Shown here: one piece after another, positions 21,285 to 31,507 of the stretch
Position numbering within the stretch: position 1 is the first letter of the stretch
Layout: each line of letters begins with the position of its first letter
NCBI GenBank assembly: GCA_963740355.1
Contig: CAVUDW010000003.1
Coordinates: forward strand, 1,824,001 to 1,888,000
Direction: 5' to 3'
DNA: 64,000 nucleotides
DNA from: an uncultured Gemmatimonadaceae bacterium
Lineage (GTDB): Bacteria > Gemmatimonadota > Gemmatimonadetes > Gemmatimonadales > Gemmatimonadaceae
Notes under the pieces: generated by a model
What the model was told of the DNA's origin: nothing
What the model saw: the letters and a program-made list of their open reading frames with translations, nothing else
The model's database searches: none
Translations under genes and position numbers: made by a program

Positions 21285-21791
21285 ATGCCGACATCTCGTC
21301 GCGCCAATCCGACTCGTCATCTGCTCGTCGCGCTCAGCCTCGTGCTCGGCAGCATGTGTGCCGGTGTGCACGAACTGCGTGCGCAGCAAGCCGTCGCCGC
21401 CCGTTCGGCCGGCCCTAGCCTCGACGAGCTCACCGCACAGTGGGCGTCGCTCGAACGGCCACTGCTTGGCGTCACAGACCTGACTGATCTCCAGCGCGAC
21501 GCGATCGAGCTGCTGGAGGAGAAGTACCGGAAGTTATTCATGGACGAGTCCGGCCCGATCCGCACGGCGCGGGCGGCGTTGTTGCAGAACAGCCAGAACT
21601 TTGCGCGCCAGGACGTGGAACGCGCACTGGACCGGATAACGACGCTGCGCAAGAGAGAACTCGAGCTGCTGCGCAACGTGCTCACCGAAGCGCAACGGGT
21701 GCGCTACGACGAGAACATGAAAGCGCTGGCGATCGAGGAGGAGGCGGCGCGGGCGAAGCGGCAGCGCGAGGAGGCGTTCTACACGCCCTGA
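21285..21791 (+). CDS. Second LTXXQ-type periplasmic protein
   Basis: Signal peptide; DLTDLQ and VLTEAQ motifs. Confidence 0.55.
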   Translation: MPTSRRANPTRHLLVALSLVLGSMCAGVHELRAQQAVAARSAGPSLDELTAQWASLERPLLGVTDLTDLQRDAIELLEEKYRKLFMDESGPIRTARAALLQNSQNFARQDVERALDRITTLRKRELELLRNVLTEAQRVRYDENMKALAIEEEAARAKRQREEAFYTP

Positions 21792-22885
21792 CGCGTGTGC
21801 ACCACCCAATCGACCGCGTCGCGGGCGCAGAGAGCGCCAACGACGTTGCCGGTACCGCTGTACGCCCCTATCGCGAATACACCGGGCCGAACCTCCTCGC
21901 AGATCGGTGCACCGGATTCGGCATAGGAGACACTGGCCGCCCAGCGGTGCGTGATCGGTGCCGCAGTCCCGATGTGCTCGCGGAGAAACCGCTCGAGACG
22001 AGACTGGATCGCCGGCGACGGTGTGCCGTCGAACGTCCACTCAGATTCGAGATCAGTGTCGCGGAATCCGCCTACCGCGACGGTGCCATCCGGCAACTGT
22101 TGCCAGTATTCATAGCCGTCCCGCCAGTAGACCGGGCGCGGGATGTGCACATCGGCCGCCGGTGCGGTGGCCAGCATCTGCAGTCGCGCCGTCCGTACTC
22201 GCGACGCGAGTTCCGGCAGGAGCAGTTCCAGGCGGCCATCGACCGCGACGATCACGCGTCGGCAACTGATCGCGCCACGATTCGTGCGCACCAGCGTGCC
22301 TTGAACCTCGGTGGCGCGGGTATCCGAAAATAGTCGAGCCCCATCCGCGATCGCGCGACGTGTCATCGCCCGCACTCGATTGAGCGGATGCATGACGCCG
22401 TCGCTCGGCACCAAGAGCCCGCTGCCCTCCGGGCCCTCGTACCACTCGACCGGCAATTCGTCGTGCAGCATCTGTGCGAACTGCGAGCGACAGTCAGCCA
22501 GCTCTTCTGGCGACGATGCGATCCGCAGGGATCCGGTGCGACGTGTGCACTCGGGGAAGTCTGCGAAGATGGTGTCGAGCTCGGATAGTGTGCGACGATA
22601 GAGCGTTACGGCGACGTCGTGGCCAAGGCGACTCACCGCGTCGTGGTGGAAGTCGGCGATGCCGGCGAGCAGGAATCCGCCGTTGCGACCAGCGGCGCCC
22701 GCGCCTACGTCAACGGCGTCGATGCCGATGACATCGAGACCGCGCGCGCACAGTTCCCGCACTGCCACCAGGCCGCTGGCGCCAAGGCCAACGACACAGA
22801 CATCGCAATTCATGTCACCAGTCAGTGGCGACAGTGGCTGCCAGCTCGCCTCGTCGTCCCAGACAGGCGTATTGCGATCGATCAT
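21779..22885 (-). CDS. FAD-dependent oxidoreductase (DadA/PuuB-like)
   Basis: VVGLGASG, GAAGRNGG, YSGTG. Confidence 0.85.
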   Translation of the reverse strand: MIDRNTPVWDDEASWQPLSPLTGDMNCDVCVVGLGASGLVAVRELCARGLDVIGIDAVDVGAGAAGRNGGFLLAGIADFHHDAVSRLGHDVAVTLYRRTLSELDTIFADFPECTRRTGSLRIASSPEELADCRSQFAQMLHDELPVEWYEGPEGSGLLVPSDGVMHPLNRVRAMTRRAIADGARLFSDTRATEVQGTLVRTNRGAISCRRVIVAVDGRLELLLPELASRVRTARLQMLATAPAADVHIPRPVYWRDGYEYWQQLPDGTVAVGGFRDTDLESEWTFDGTPSPAIQSRLERFLREHIGTAAPITHRWAASVSYAESGAPICEEVRPGVFAIGAYSGTGNVVGALCARDAVDWVVHTRQGV

Positions 22886-23076
22886 GGTGGCAGGCAGACG
22901 CGTCGTTGTGCGTCGTACGTTCGTCCCACCTGTTCACATTCGCGCTTCGGATCGACGCGGAAGGACCGGCTGGCCATCACGCGCAAGCCGATGAATGACA
23001 ATCCAGCGAGGCTGATCATCGCCACCATGATCTTGATGGCACGCTCGAGCTTCTGCATCGGGTCGAGCTGGGCCAT
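22882..23076 (-). CDS. Small membrane hypothetical protein
   Basis: Overlap-coupled to both neighbours; one TM helix; two Cys. Confidence 0.55.
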   Translation of the reverse strand: MAQLDPMQKLERAIKIMVAMISLAGLSFIGLRVMASRSFRVDPKRECEQVGRTYDAQRRVCLPP

Positions 23077-24119
23077 CAGCGCGCCTTGCCTCGCGGCGAC
23101 CGCGACTGCGCCGCGTGGGCTTCGATCACCGCGCGCGCCGCTTCCTGCGGATCATCGGTGAGCAGCATCAGGTCGAGGTCACCGGCGTTGATCTTGCGCT
23201 CGCCGAGTACGCGCGACTGCAGCCAGCGAATCAGTCCGGCCCAGTAATGGGTGCCGAACAGGACGACCGGGAACTGAAAGATCTTGCCCGTCTGGATCAG
23301 CGTCACCGCCTCGAACAACTCGTCCAGCGTGCCGAAGCCGCCTGGAAAGCAGATGAAGGCATTGCTGTACTTGATGAACATCGTCTTCCGGACCATGAAG
23401 TAGCGGAAGCTGACGAGCGTGTCGACATACGGGTTGGCGCCCTGTTCGAACGGCAACTCGATGTTGCAGCCGATGCTTGGGGCACCGGCGAGACGAGCGC
23501 CCTTGTTGGCCGCTTCCATGATGCCGGGGCCGGCGCCGGTGATGATCGAGAACCCGGCTTCGCCGAGCAGGCGCGCGACTTCGGTGGCGGCGATGTACTG
23601 CGGATCATCAGGCGAGGTGCGGGCGGAGCCGAAGATCGAGACACCCTTCTCGACCGAGGCGAGGGCGTCGAACCCTTCGATGATCTCGCCAGTCATGCGC
23701 AGCACACGCCACGGGTCGGTGCGGGTGAAGTCGTCGCGCGGCCCCGGCGCGGCGAGCAGCTTCGCGTCTTCCGTGAGCGGCACCTGGTCGCGGATGTCGG
23801 TGTCGATGGGCGGGTGGATCAGCGGCGCCGCCTTCTTCGCGTCTGGCTGCGCGGTGGTCTTGATCGGCGCCTTGGTGCGCGAGATGACGGGTGTGCTGAG
23901 GGGCGTCTCACGTCCGGCGCTGCGATGCCCTTCGACATGGCGTTCCATGGCACCCTGAAGCGCCTCGGCCTCGGCCCGCTCCATGGTGGCGACGGTGGCC
24001 TTCTTGCCGCCAGCGGTGGTGGCCGCGGTCTTTTTCGCGCCATCGGCCACGCTCCGCTTGCGCGGCTTCGGGGCGGCGGCGGGCGGCTTGGCGGCAGGCT
24101 TCGCTTTCCTGGCGGGCAT
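23076..24119 (-). CDS. LOG family (TIGR00730-type) nucleotide phosphoribohydrolase with a Lys/Ala-rich N-terminal extension
   Basis: SIFGSAR, GAGPGIMEAAN, PGGFGTLDELFE; start set at ATG 24119. Confidence 0.88.
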   Translation of the reverse strand: MPARKAKPAAKPPAAAPKPRKRSVADGAKKTAATTAGGKKATVATMERAEAEALQGAMERHVEGHRSAGRETPLSTPVISRTKAPIKTTAQPDAKKAAPLIHPPIDTDIRDQVPLTEDAKLLAAPGPRDDFTRTDPWRVLRMTGEIIEGFDALASVEKGVSIFGSARTSPDDPQYIAATEVARLLGEAGFSIITGAGPGIMEAANKGARLAGAPSIGCNIELPFEQGANPYVDTLVSFRYFMVRKTMFIKYSNAFICFPGGFGTLDELFEAVTLIQTGKIFQFPVVLFGTHYWAGLIRWLQSRVLGERKINAGDLDLMLLTDDPQEAARAVIEAHAAQSRSPRGKAR

Positions 24120-24272
24120 ACGGACGGGGGATTGAGGTCGCGCTGGATTCAGTGACTCGTCGCCCGCACATCCGCGGCCGCGCTGAACGGGTAGAATTGT
24201 AGCTCCCTGCACCTCCCCGCCCCGCCTCGTCCGTGACGGTGGTGCGCCCTTTCCGACGCTCTCCCCGTCGCA

Positions 24273-25646
24273 GTGCCCCACGTCATCATCGTCGTCGCTG
24301 ACGGCGCCCGTCCCGATACGCTCGCTGCCGCGATGGACGCGGGTGAGGTGCCCGCGCTGCAGGCACTGCGCGAGCAGCAGGGGACACACACGCTCACGAC
24401 CGTCTTCCCATCGGTCACAGGGCCGGCCTACGTGCCGTTCCTGATGGGCGAACATCCGGGACATGTGGGTCTGCCCGGATTGCGCTGGTTCGACCGCAGC
24501 CGTCGCGACACCGGCTGGCCGCACTACACGCGCAGTTACATCGGCAGCGAGATGCGGAAAGTCGATCGCGACCTGACGCTGGAGAAGCCGACGGCGTTCG
24601 AGCGCACAGGCGGTGGACTGGCGATGATGAACATGATCGGCCGAGGCCTGCCGCACCGGAACAAGCTCACCAATAGCGTGCAGTTCGCACTGCGGGCCGG
24701 GTACACACACTTCCGCGGTGACGTGGCGGGCTGGCTGGACGTGGATCGTGCGCTGTCGAAGCAGATGCTGGGCCGCGTGCTGGCTGAACGGCCGCCCTTC
24801 ACTTTTGCGAGCTTTTGCGGCGTGGACAAGACGAGCCACAGTGTGGGTCATAAAGCGAGGATCGTGCGCGATGCGCTGACGATCGTGGACGGCTTCGTGT
24901 CGGACGTCACGGCGGCCGCAACTCGCGAGGGATGGATGGACGAGCTGGCGTTGTTCGTGGTGAGCGATCATGGCCACGTGGATGTGCAGGCGCACGATGA
25001 CCTTGCCGACCTGTTTCGCGATGCCGGGCTGCGCGTGCTGGCGCATCCGAAGATCTTCGGCGTGCGCGATCCGGAGATGGCGGTGATGGTGAGTGGCAAC
25101 GCGATGGCGCACCTGTTCGTGGAGCTGGAATCGCGCACCCGTCCCTGGTGGCCAGCGCTGACGGATCGCTGGAATGCCACGGCCGAGATGTTGTTGCAGC
25201 GGCCGTCGGTGGACTTGCTGCTGTTGCCACACAGCGAGACGAAGGTCGAGATCCGCGGCGGCGCAGGCCGTGGCGCCGCGATGACGCAGCGCGACGGCAA
25301 TCGCTACCACTATACGCCCATCACCGGCGATCCACTCGGTCTTGGCGAAGTGCATGACGCGTCGGAAGCCGAGGTGTGGGAGCGATCGCTGGGGACGGAC
25401 TATCCCGATGCACTGGTGCAGATCCTGGCGTTGAACGATTGCAATCGCTGTGGCGACTTCATCATCAGCGCGACGCGGGATTGGGATTTCCGTGGGCGAT
25501 TCGAGCCGATCCCGCACAAGTCGTCACATGGCGCGCTGCATCGTGATCACATGCTGGTGCCGATGCTGACCAACGTGCCGTCGGTGACGCCCTATCGGCG
25601 AACGCAGGATGTGTTTCATCGCGCGATGCAGTTTCTTGGGGTCTAG
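24273..25646 (+). CDS. Alkaline phosphatase-superfamily nucleotide pyrophosphatase/phosphodiesterase
   Basis: VADGARPD, FPSVTGP, DKTSH, VSDHGH, SSHG. Confidence 0.85.
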   Translation: MPHVIIVVADGARPDTLAAAMDAGEVPALQALREQQGTHTLTTVFPSVTGPAYVPFLMGEHPGHVGLPGLRWFDRSRRDTGWPHYTRSYIGSEMRKVDRDLTLEKPTAFERTGGGLAMMNMIGRGLPHRNKLTNSVQFALRAGYTHFRGDVAGWLDVDRALSKQMLGRVLAERPPFTFASFCGVDKTSHSVGHKARIVRDALTIVDGFVSDVTAAATREGWMDELALFVVSDHGHVDVQAHDDLADLFRDAGLRVLAHPKIFGVRDPEMAVMVSGNAMAHLFVELESRTRPWWPALTDRWNATAEMLLQRPSVDLLLLPHSETKVEIRGGAGRGAAMTQRDGNRYHYTPITGDPLGLGEVHDASEAEVWERSLGTDYPDALVQILALNDCNRCGDFIISATRDWDFRGRFEPIPHKSSHGALHRDHMLVPMLTNVPSVTPYRRTQDVFHRAMQFLGV

Positions 25647-25855
25647 TTCGATTTGCTTGCATACAGATCGCAAGCTGAAATGCGACGACACTGGCGCCGT
25701 GCCGGCGATTTCGGTCCACACTCCCTCACGCGGAGCCGCGGGGGACGCGGAGTCGCGGAGAACTGCATGAGACCATGGTGTCCGGTGGCTGAGCTGATCC
25801 GGGTGGTTTTCACGCGTGTGTGGGAGAGCAGGTCTTCTCATCTCAGGACAGGACG

Positions 25856-26593
25856 ATGACTGACAGTGGCGGGCGGGGGTCGAGTACGGGGTTGATTGCG
25901 GTGGCAGTGGCGATCGTGGTGGGGGCGTTTCTGGTGGCGGGGGCGGCGCGGGATGTGGGGCGCAAGAATGACGTGATCGAGGTGACGGGGAGTGCGCGTC
26001 GCGCGATCGTGGCGGACCTCGGCATCTGGAAAGGGACCGTGACCGTGCAGTCGCCGACCGTGCAGGGCGCCTACGGCGAGGTGTCTGGCTACGGCGACCG
26101 CGTGCGGGCGTGGCTCAAGGCGCGCGGGCTGGCGGATAGCGTGATCACGGTGCGGCCGGTCGAGACGCAGCGGATGATGGTGGTCAACAATGAAGGCCAG
26201 GAGACCGGCCAGGTTGCGGGCTACAAGCTGTCGCAGACGCTCGAAGTACGCCTCACCAACCCGAAGGCCATCGAGCTGCTGGCGCGTGAAGCCGGTGCGC
26301 TGGCTGGACAGGGCATCCCGATCGAAGCCTCGTCGCCGCAGTACCTCTACACCAAGCTGGCCGAGTTGCGGATCGCGATGATGGGCGAGGCGACCGTCGA
26401 TGCGCGGGCGCGGGCCGATGTGATCGCGAAGGCGGCGGGGTCGAAGGTCGGCAACGTGCGCAGCGCGAACACCGGTGTGGTTCAGATCACGCCGCGGTTT
26501 TCGACCGAGGTGTCGGACTATGGCATGAACGATGTGACGAGCATCGAGAAGGACATCACGACAGTGGTGAAGGTGACGTTCGCGCTGCAGTAG
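25856..26593 (+). CDS. SIMPL (DUF541) domain protein
   Basis: N-terminal TM; IEVTGSA; DARARA; KVTF at the C terminus. Confidence 0.85.
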   Translation: MTDSGGRGSSTGLIAVAVAIVVGAFLVAGAARDVGRKNDVIEVTGSARRAIVADLGIWKGTVTVQSPTVQGAYGEVSGYGDRVRAWLKARGLADSVITVRPVETQRMMVVNNEGQETGQVAGYKLSQTLEVRLTNPKAIELLAREAGALAGQGIPIEASSPQYLYTKLAELRIAMMGEATVDARARADVIAKAAGSKVGNVRSANTGVVQITPRFSTEVSDYGMNDVTSIEKDITTVVKVTFALQ

Positions 26594-26609
26594 TTTCGCG
26601 TGGTTCCGT

Positions 26610-26697
26610 CACGGGCAACTGCCTTGACGCAAAACTGCTGAAGGCGAACCGCGACAGCCGCAGAAGGGCGAACCGCCGCAAACCGGCAACAGCTTGT
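26610..26697. repeat. Degenerate member of the 17.1-17.5 kb repeat family
   Basis: Shares CCGCGACAGCCGCA, GGGCAACTGC and GCAAAACTGC with 17157-17220. Confidence 0.55.
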
Positions 26698-26706
26698 GAA
26701 TGGAAC

Positions 26707-26753
26707 AGCAAGACCTCACGCCCCGTCCGTCGACTGGGGTGTGGGGTCTTGCT
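26707..26753. terminator. Hairpin, possible terminator
   Basis: AGCAAGACCTCACGCCCC...GGGGTGTGGGGTCTTGCT. Confidence 0.45.
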
Positions 26754-26764
26754 AGCTTTGGGGC

Positions 26765-27016
26765 ATGTCCTGGCCTGGCCTCGTCTTGGCGCTCTGCGTG
26801 CGCTGCATTCGCGAACCATCGCTGATCGGGCCGTTGCTGCTGGTCGGGTGGCGGTTCCGGCGGCGGAACTGGTACGCGCGCGCGCCCTTCCTGCCCATTC
26901 CCGCCTGGGAGTATGTGCAGTGGCGCATGCACACCGCGTACGGCGATCATGCGGCCGTACCGCCCGTGGACGACATCGCGAACTACGCGCGGTGGACGTG
27001 GAACCTGCCCACCTGA
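26765..27016 (+). CDS. Small hypothetical protein
   Basis: Clean ORF ending 1 nt before queG; WRMHTAYG motif. Confidence 0.6.
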   Translation: MSWPGLVLALCVRCIREPSLIGPLLLVGWRFRRRNWYARAPFLPIPAWEYVQWRMHTAYGDHAAVPPVDDIANYARWTWNLPT

Positions 27017-27017
27017 C

Positions 27018-28037
27018 GTGACGCTCCAGGCACCCGCCGGCTTTGCGCATCGGTTGAAGGCCGAGGCGTATGCACGCGGGGCGATGTTGGCGGGGATCGC
27101 GCGGCTCGGTCCGATGGAGACCGCAGCCGCATACGACGACTGGATCGCGAAGGGCTATGCCGGCGAGATGGCGTATCTCGATCGCGGCGCCGAGAAGCGT
27201 CGCGATTCGACGTTACCCGTGCCGGGTGCGGTGAGTGCGTTGGTGATCGCGGTCAACTACGGTGGCACGGAGCCGGATGGTCCGGTCGCGCGGTATGCGC
27301 GTGGTGATGACTATCACGATGTGCTGGTGCCGATGTTGCGCGGGATGCAGGACTGGATCTCGTCCGAGCTCGGCAGCGCGGTCGCAGGCAAGGCGTACAC
27401 GGACACCGGGCCGATTCTGGAGCGGGATCTGGCGCGACGTGCGGGGCTGGGGTGGTTCGGGAAGAACACGATGCTCATTTCGCCGAAGCATGGGTCGTTC
27501 TTTTTTATCGGGGTGCTGATGTTGGCGCTCGAGCTCGAGGCGGATGAGCCGTTTGTGGCGGATCATTGTGGTACGTGTACGCGGTGTCTCGACGCATGTC
27601 CGACGGAGGCGTTCGTGGAGCCGCGGGTGATGGATGCGCGGAAGTGTGTGTCGTATTTGACGATTGAGGCGAAGGGGGAGGTGCCGGATCACTTCCGCCG
27701 TCCGATGAGCGGGATGATATACGGGTGTGATATCTGCCAGAGCGTGTGCCCGTGGAACGTGAAGTTCTCGCAGGAGTTGGCGGACGACTCGCCGTTCAAC
27801 ACTCGGGAATTCATTGCCGGGAAGGACGCGGTCACGCTCGCGACGGACATCCTTTCGTGGGAGCCGGAGCAGTTCAGCGCAACGTTCCGTAAGTCGCCGA
27901 TGAAGCGGGCGAAGCTGGCGGGGCTCAGGCGGAATGCGACGGTGGTGCTAAGCAACATAGAGGCCGCCGTAAACGTCCCGCCGCAAGTGCAAGCGTTACC
28001 GGACTACGATCCTGTACTGCGCTCGCACCACGTTTGA
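27018..28037 (+). CDS. queG: tRNA epoxyqueuosine(34) reductase
   Basis: ARYARGDDYH, DTGPILER, GWFGKN, CGTCTRCLDACPT, CVSYLTIE, YGCDICQSVCPWN. Confidence 0.95.
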   Translation: MTLQAPAGFAHRLKAEAYARGAMLAGIARLGPMETAAAYDDWIAKGYAGEMAYLDRGAEKRRDSTLPVPGAVSALVIAVNYGGTEPDGPVARYARGDDYHDVLVPMLRGMQDWISSELGSAVAGKAYTDTGPILERDLARRAGLGWFGKNTMLISPKHGSFFFIGVLMLALELEADEPFVADHCGTCTRCLDACPTEAFVEPRVMDARKCVSYLTIEAKGEVPDHFRRPMSGMIYGCDICQSVCPWNVKFSQELADDSPFNTREFIAGKDAVTLATDILSWEPEQFSATFRKSPMKRAKLAGLRRNATVVLSNIEAAVNVPPQVQALPDYDPVLRSHHV

Positions 28038-28413
28038 GCGCGCACAACGGAGCATGCGCACATTACTCTCGGCGACTACTTGCGAAGCGAAGTGCACAAG
28101 ACAGTGCGATGCGCCCGACGCGCGGCACTGGAGTAGCAGTCAGGACCGGGTCTGTGGAACTCGCTCGAACTGCTCGTGGAGGTGGTCTGTGACGTGCGGC
28201 CCGTTCCGAGGACACCGCGCGCCGACGTTGAGCAGCGGCTCAACGCGAAGGTTGCTTCAGCACAAGGCGTGATGACCATAGAGTTGCTTGATGAAATGCG
28301 ACGCGAGGTAGCGGTCGGCTTTCCGCAACGGGCGCGGCACGCTCTGAGAGCATGCTTCGGCGACGAAGGCAACCACTACTCCCATGTCCTGTTCGACACC
28401 GTGGAACACCGCC

Positions 28414-28833
28414 TCATGTTCGTGCGAACGGCGCGAGATCTGCGAGCGCCAGCCCGGACACCCGACGGAACTCGTTCACGTTCAGCGTCGCTACCTCGCT
28501 GCCCGCTACGAGCGCGGTCGCGGCGATCTGCAGATCGTGCGCGCCGATCAACGCCCCTGCTGCCGCCAGCTCGGTCCAGATCCGTGCGTGCGCGCGTGCT
28601 TCTGCCAGACCGAACGGGATCACCGGTACGTTCTCCAGCACACCCTCGACGAACGCGCTGCGTCGCTGCCGGACGGCGCTGTCACGCGCCCGCTCGACAC
28701 CATGCAGCAACTCGGAGGCGGTGATCGCGGCTACCGCGACAGGGGCGTCACAGAGCGCTGCGAGATAGCCTGGCATGTCGAACGTCCCCCGCTCCGCAGC
28801 AATGAGCACTGCCGTATCGAGGAGGACGCTCAC
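28414..28833 (-). CDS. vapC: PIN-domain toxin (VapC family)
   Basis: LLDTAVLI, TASEL, HDLQIAATAL, TLNVNEF. Confidence 0.9.
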   Translation of the reverse strand: MSVLLDTAVLIAAERGTFDMPGYLAALCDAPVAVAAITASELLHGVERARDSAVRQRRSAFVEGVLENVPVIPFGLAEARAHARIWTELAAAGALIGAHDLQIAATALVAGSEVATLNVNEFRRVSGLALADLAPFART

Positions 28834-28837
28834 CAGG

Positions 28838-29119
28838 TCAGGACCACGGATCGGCCGGCGCTGGAAGCTCGGCGAGCGCCGCACTTATGTCTTCCCCGAA
28901 TGCAGCCGCGTCCGAGGGCGTCAGACGCGGCAACAGCGCCCAGCGATGCGCCAGTTCGGCCGCCGGAATGCCCGATGGCGCCATCGGTGCGACGAAGGCG
29001 ACCGGCACGCCGTTCTTAAGCAATACGGTCGTCTCATGGCGGTAGAACGCCCGATTCACGACGTCGGCGAAGCGGCGGGCGGCGTCGGTAACGGAGAGGG
29101 ACCGGGTCGGACTCGACAT
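28838..29119 (-). CDS. Phd/YefM-family antitoxin
   Basis: SVTDAARRFADVVNR...LLKNGVPVA; immediately upstream of the PIN toxin. Confidence 0.8.
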   Translation of the reverse strand: MSSPTRSLSVTDAARRFADVVNRAFYRHETTVLLKNGVPVAFVAPMAPSGIPAAELAHRWALLPRLTPSDAAAFGEDISAALAELPAPADPWS

Positions 29120-29252
29120 ACACATAATATGATTTTCAGCATACGTCAGCGCAAGCCTCTCTGCGGGACACGCTCGCGCTCAGTGCGGCGGCCTGGAGGC
29201 ACTCGCACTCGCGGGTGCACACCATGCGGCTCACCGGCAGCGTCGCGCTCGA

Positions 29253-31484
29253 TCAGAGCCCCATGGCCCGCAGCAGCTCCGCGTACCGGGGGTGCGCACG
29301 AATCGCATCCGTGGCAAATGGCGGTCGCGTCCACCCGGGGTTCAATGCGTCGCAGCGCTCCACCGATTCGAGTGCGTAGGCGATGGCGTCGTCGACGCGG
29401 CCCAGGTAGCTGGCAGCGATTGCCAGCGCACTGCGCTGAACGGTGTCGACTTCCGCGCGCGCCTGCAGTTCCGCATACGCGGCATCGGCTCGCCGGGCAT
29501 CGCCGTTGATCAGATGCGCCCGTACCAGGAACATCAGGAAGAGCGGATGCCGACCGAACCTGACCAGCATCTCGTTCACCGCCGCAATCGCGGCACTCGC
29601 GTCATCCGAGTTCGTGATTGCAATCGCGCGGCCGTACGCGGCGGTGAAGGAGTCCGCGTCGATTGCCTGCGCACGCTGCGCTTCGGCACGGGCCGCGTCG
29701 GGTTGTCCGGTGAGTGCCAGCACGGCGCTGTGGATGCCGGCGAGGTTGGCACTGAGCGGATCGTCGGCCACGGCGCGTGCGAGTTCCTCGAGGGCCCGCA
29801 CGTCGTCCTGTGCAATGCAGAACAACCCGTTGACGGCGAAGCTGCCACGCACTTCGCTGAGGCGTGGCTGGAGCGCCAGTGCGCGCTCCCACCAGGTGAA
29901 CGCCGCACCGGGATCGTGTTCGATGAACAGGCTGGCGAGCGCCATCGCGCCCATCGCCTCGGCATGTGCGGGGGCCAGCTCGAGGGCACGTGCGAGTGCC
30001 GCCTTCGCCAACGGGTGCCCCTGCGTGACCGACATCAGGCCGTAGCGCACGAAGTTCACCAACGTCTCGCCGAGCAGCGCATGGGCGTCGGCGTTTGACG
30101 GATCGAGACGAATCGCGGCGGCAAAACAATCACGCGCGGCCATCAGGCTGCGCCCGCGCTGCGCGAACAGCGCGCGCCCCTTGGCGACCAGCTCGAACGC
30201 CTCCACCTCGGCCGTCGTGGCCTTCAGCACCGGCTGCGCGGGCGGCACGAACGTGACCTGCAGCCGTGCCGCGATGGCCTGCGCGATTTCGTCCTGCACC
30301 GCAAACACATCCGTGAGTTCGCGGTCGAACCGTTCCGACCAGAGGTGATAGCCGTCAGCCACCGATACGAGCTGCACGGCGATGCGCATGCGATTGGCCG
30401 CCTTGCGCACACTGCCCTGCAGCACCGTGGCGACATTCAGCACCTCCCCGATCTCGGTCAGCGCCACCGCCTTGCCACGGAACGAGAACGCGGAGTTTCG
30501 CGCCGCGACGTGCAGCCCGTCGATCTGGACCAACGCGTCGAGGATATCGTCCGCGATGCCGTCGGCGAAATAGCGGTTGTCGGGCTCGGCGCTGAGGTTC
30601 TCGAATGGCAGGATCGCCAACGATTTGACCGGCGCGGCCGGCGCCTTGGAGCGCGTTTCCCGCTCGTTCAGCGCCGCGATGAACACGGCGGCGGTTTCAT
30701 GGCGATCGACGGCCACGCGCGAGAGGGACTGCTGCACTGCGCGCGAGACTGGTCCCGGCACGCCTTCGCGCAGCGCCGCCACTTCAGGGGGCGTTTGCAC
30801 GAAGCGCTTCGCGATCACGGCCTGTATCGTCGGTCCCGTGAACGGTGGCTCGCCGACTAGCATCTCGTACAGCACGCACCCCAGGCTGTAGAGGTCACTG
30901 CGGCCGTCGACGTCCTCACCCACGGCCTGCTCAGGACTCATGTACGCCGGCGTGCCAACGCTCATGCCCACCTGTGTGAGCGTGTCGCCCGGCGCGTCGT
31001 TGATCGCTTTCCCGATGCCGAAGTCGGCCACCAGCACGTGGCCGTCCTGCAGCATGATGTTCTCTGGCTTGATGTCGCGGTGAATGATGCCGAGGCGATG
31101 CGCGTGCTCGAGTGCACCCGCGACGGCACTCGCGATGCGCACCGCGTCGGCGATGGGTAGCTGGCGCTCGGTCTCGAGGCGATCGCGCAGTGACCGCCCC
31201 TGCACCACCGGCATCACGTAGAACAGGGTGCCGTCTAAATCGCCCGAGTCGTAGAGCGGCAGGATGTGCGGGTGACTGAGCTTCGCAGCGAGCTGGATCT
31301 CACGCAGGAAGCGCTCGCGGCCGACGGTGGCCGCCACGTCGTTTCGCAGGACCTTGATGGCGACGGGGCGGTCGTGCTTCCGGTCGTGTGCGAGGTAGAC
31401 GGTGGCCATGCCGCCCTGACCGAGTTCGCGGTTGAGGCGATAGCGATCGTCGAGGGCCGCAGCCAGGCGATCCAGGGTCGTCAT
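29253..31484 (-). CDS. Ser/Thr protein kinase with TolB-like and TPR domains
   Basis: LGQGGMATVY, VAIK, HRDIKPEN, DFG, GTPAYMSPEQ; SLAILPFENLS module; TPR tail. Confidence 0.92.
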   Translation of the reverse strand: MTTLDRLAAALDDRYRLNRELGQGGMATVYLAHDRKHDRPVAIKVLRNDVAATVGRERFLREIQLAAKLSHPHILPLYDSGDLDGTLFYVMPVVQGRSLRDRLETERQLPIADAVRIASAVAGALEHAHRLGIIHRDIKPENIMLQDGHVLVADFGIGKAINDAPGDTLTQVGMSVGTPAYMSPEQAVGEDVDGRSDLYSLGCVLYEMLVGEPPFTGPTIQAVIAKRFVQTPPEVAALREGVPGPVSRAVQQSLSRVAVDRHETAAVFIAALNERETRSKAPAAPVKSLAILPFENLSAEPDNRYFADGIADDILDALVQIDGLHVAARNSAFSFRGKAVALTEIGEVLNVATVLQGSVRKAANRMRIAVQLVSVADGYHLWSERFDRELTDVFAVQDEIAQAIAARLQVTFVPPAQPVLKATTAEVEAFELVAKGRALFAQRGRSLMAARDCFAAAIRLDPSNADAHALLGETLVNFVRYGLMSVTQGHPLAKAALARALELAPAHAEAMGAMALASLFIEHDPGAAFTWWERALALQPRLSEVRGSFAVNGLFCIAQDDVRALEELARAVADDPLSANLAGIHSAVLALTGQPDAARAEAQRAQAIDADSFTAAYGRAIAITNSDDASAAIAAVNEMLVRFGRHPLFLMFLVRAHLINGDARRADAAYAELQARAEVDTVQRSALAIAASYLGRVDDAIAYALESVERCDALNPGWTRPPFATDAIRAHPRYAELLRAMGL

Positions 31485-31507
31485 GGCGTGCTCGTGCCAG
31501 AGGGTGT

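Noticed and set aside
24120..25517. 813-aa LOG fusion ORF
   Set aside because: The extension is the antisense shadow of the phosphodiesterase gene on the plus strand.
29150..29250. A further queG fragment between VapBC and the kinase
   Set aside because: Only a vague GCTCAGTGCGGCG resemblance; not distinguishable from chance at this GC content.
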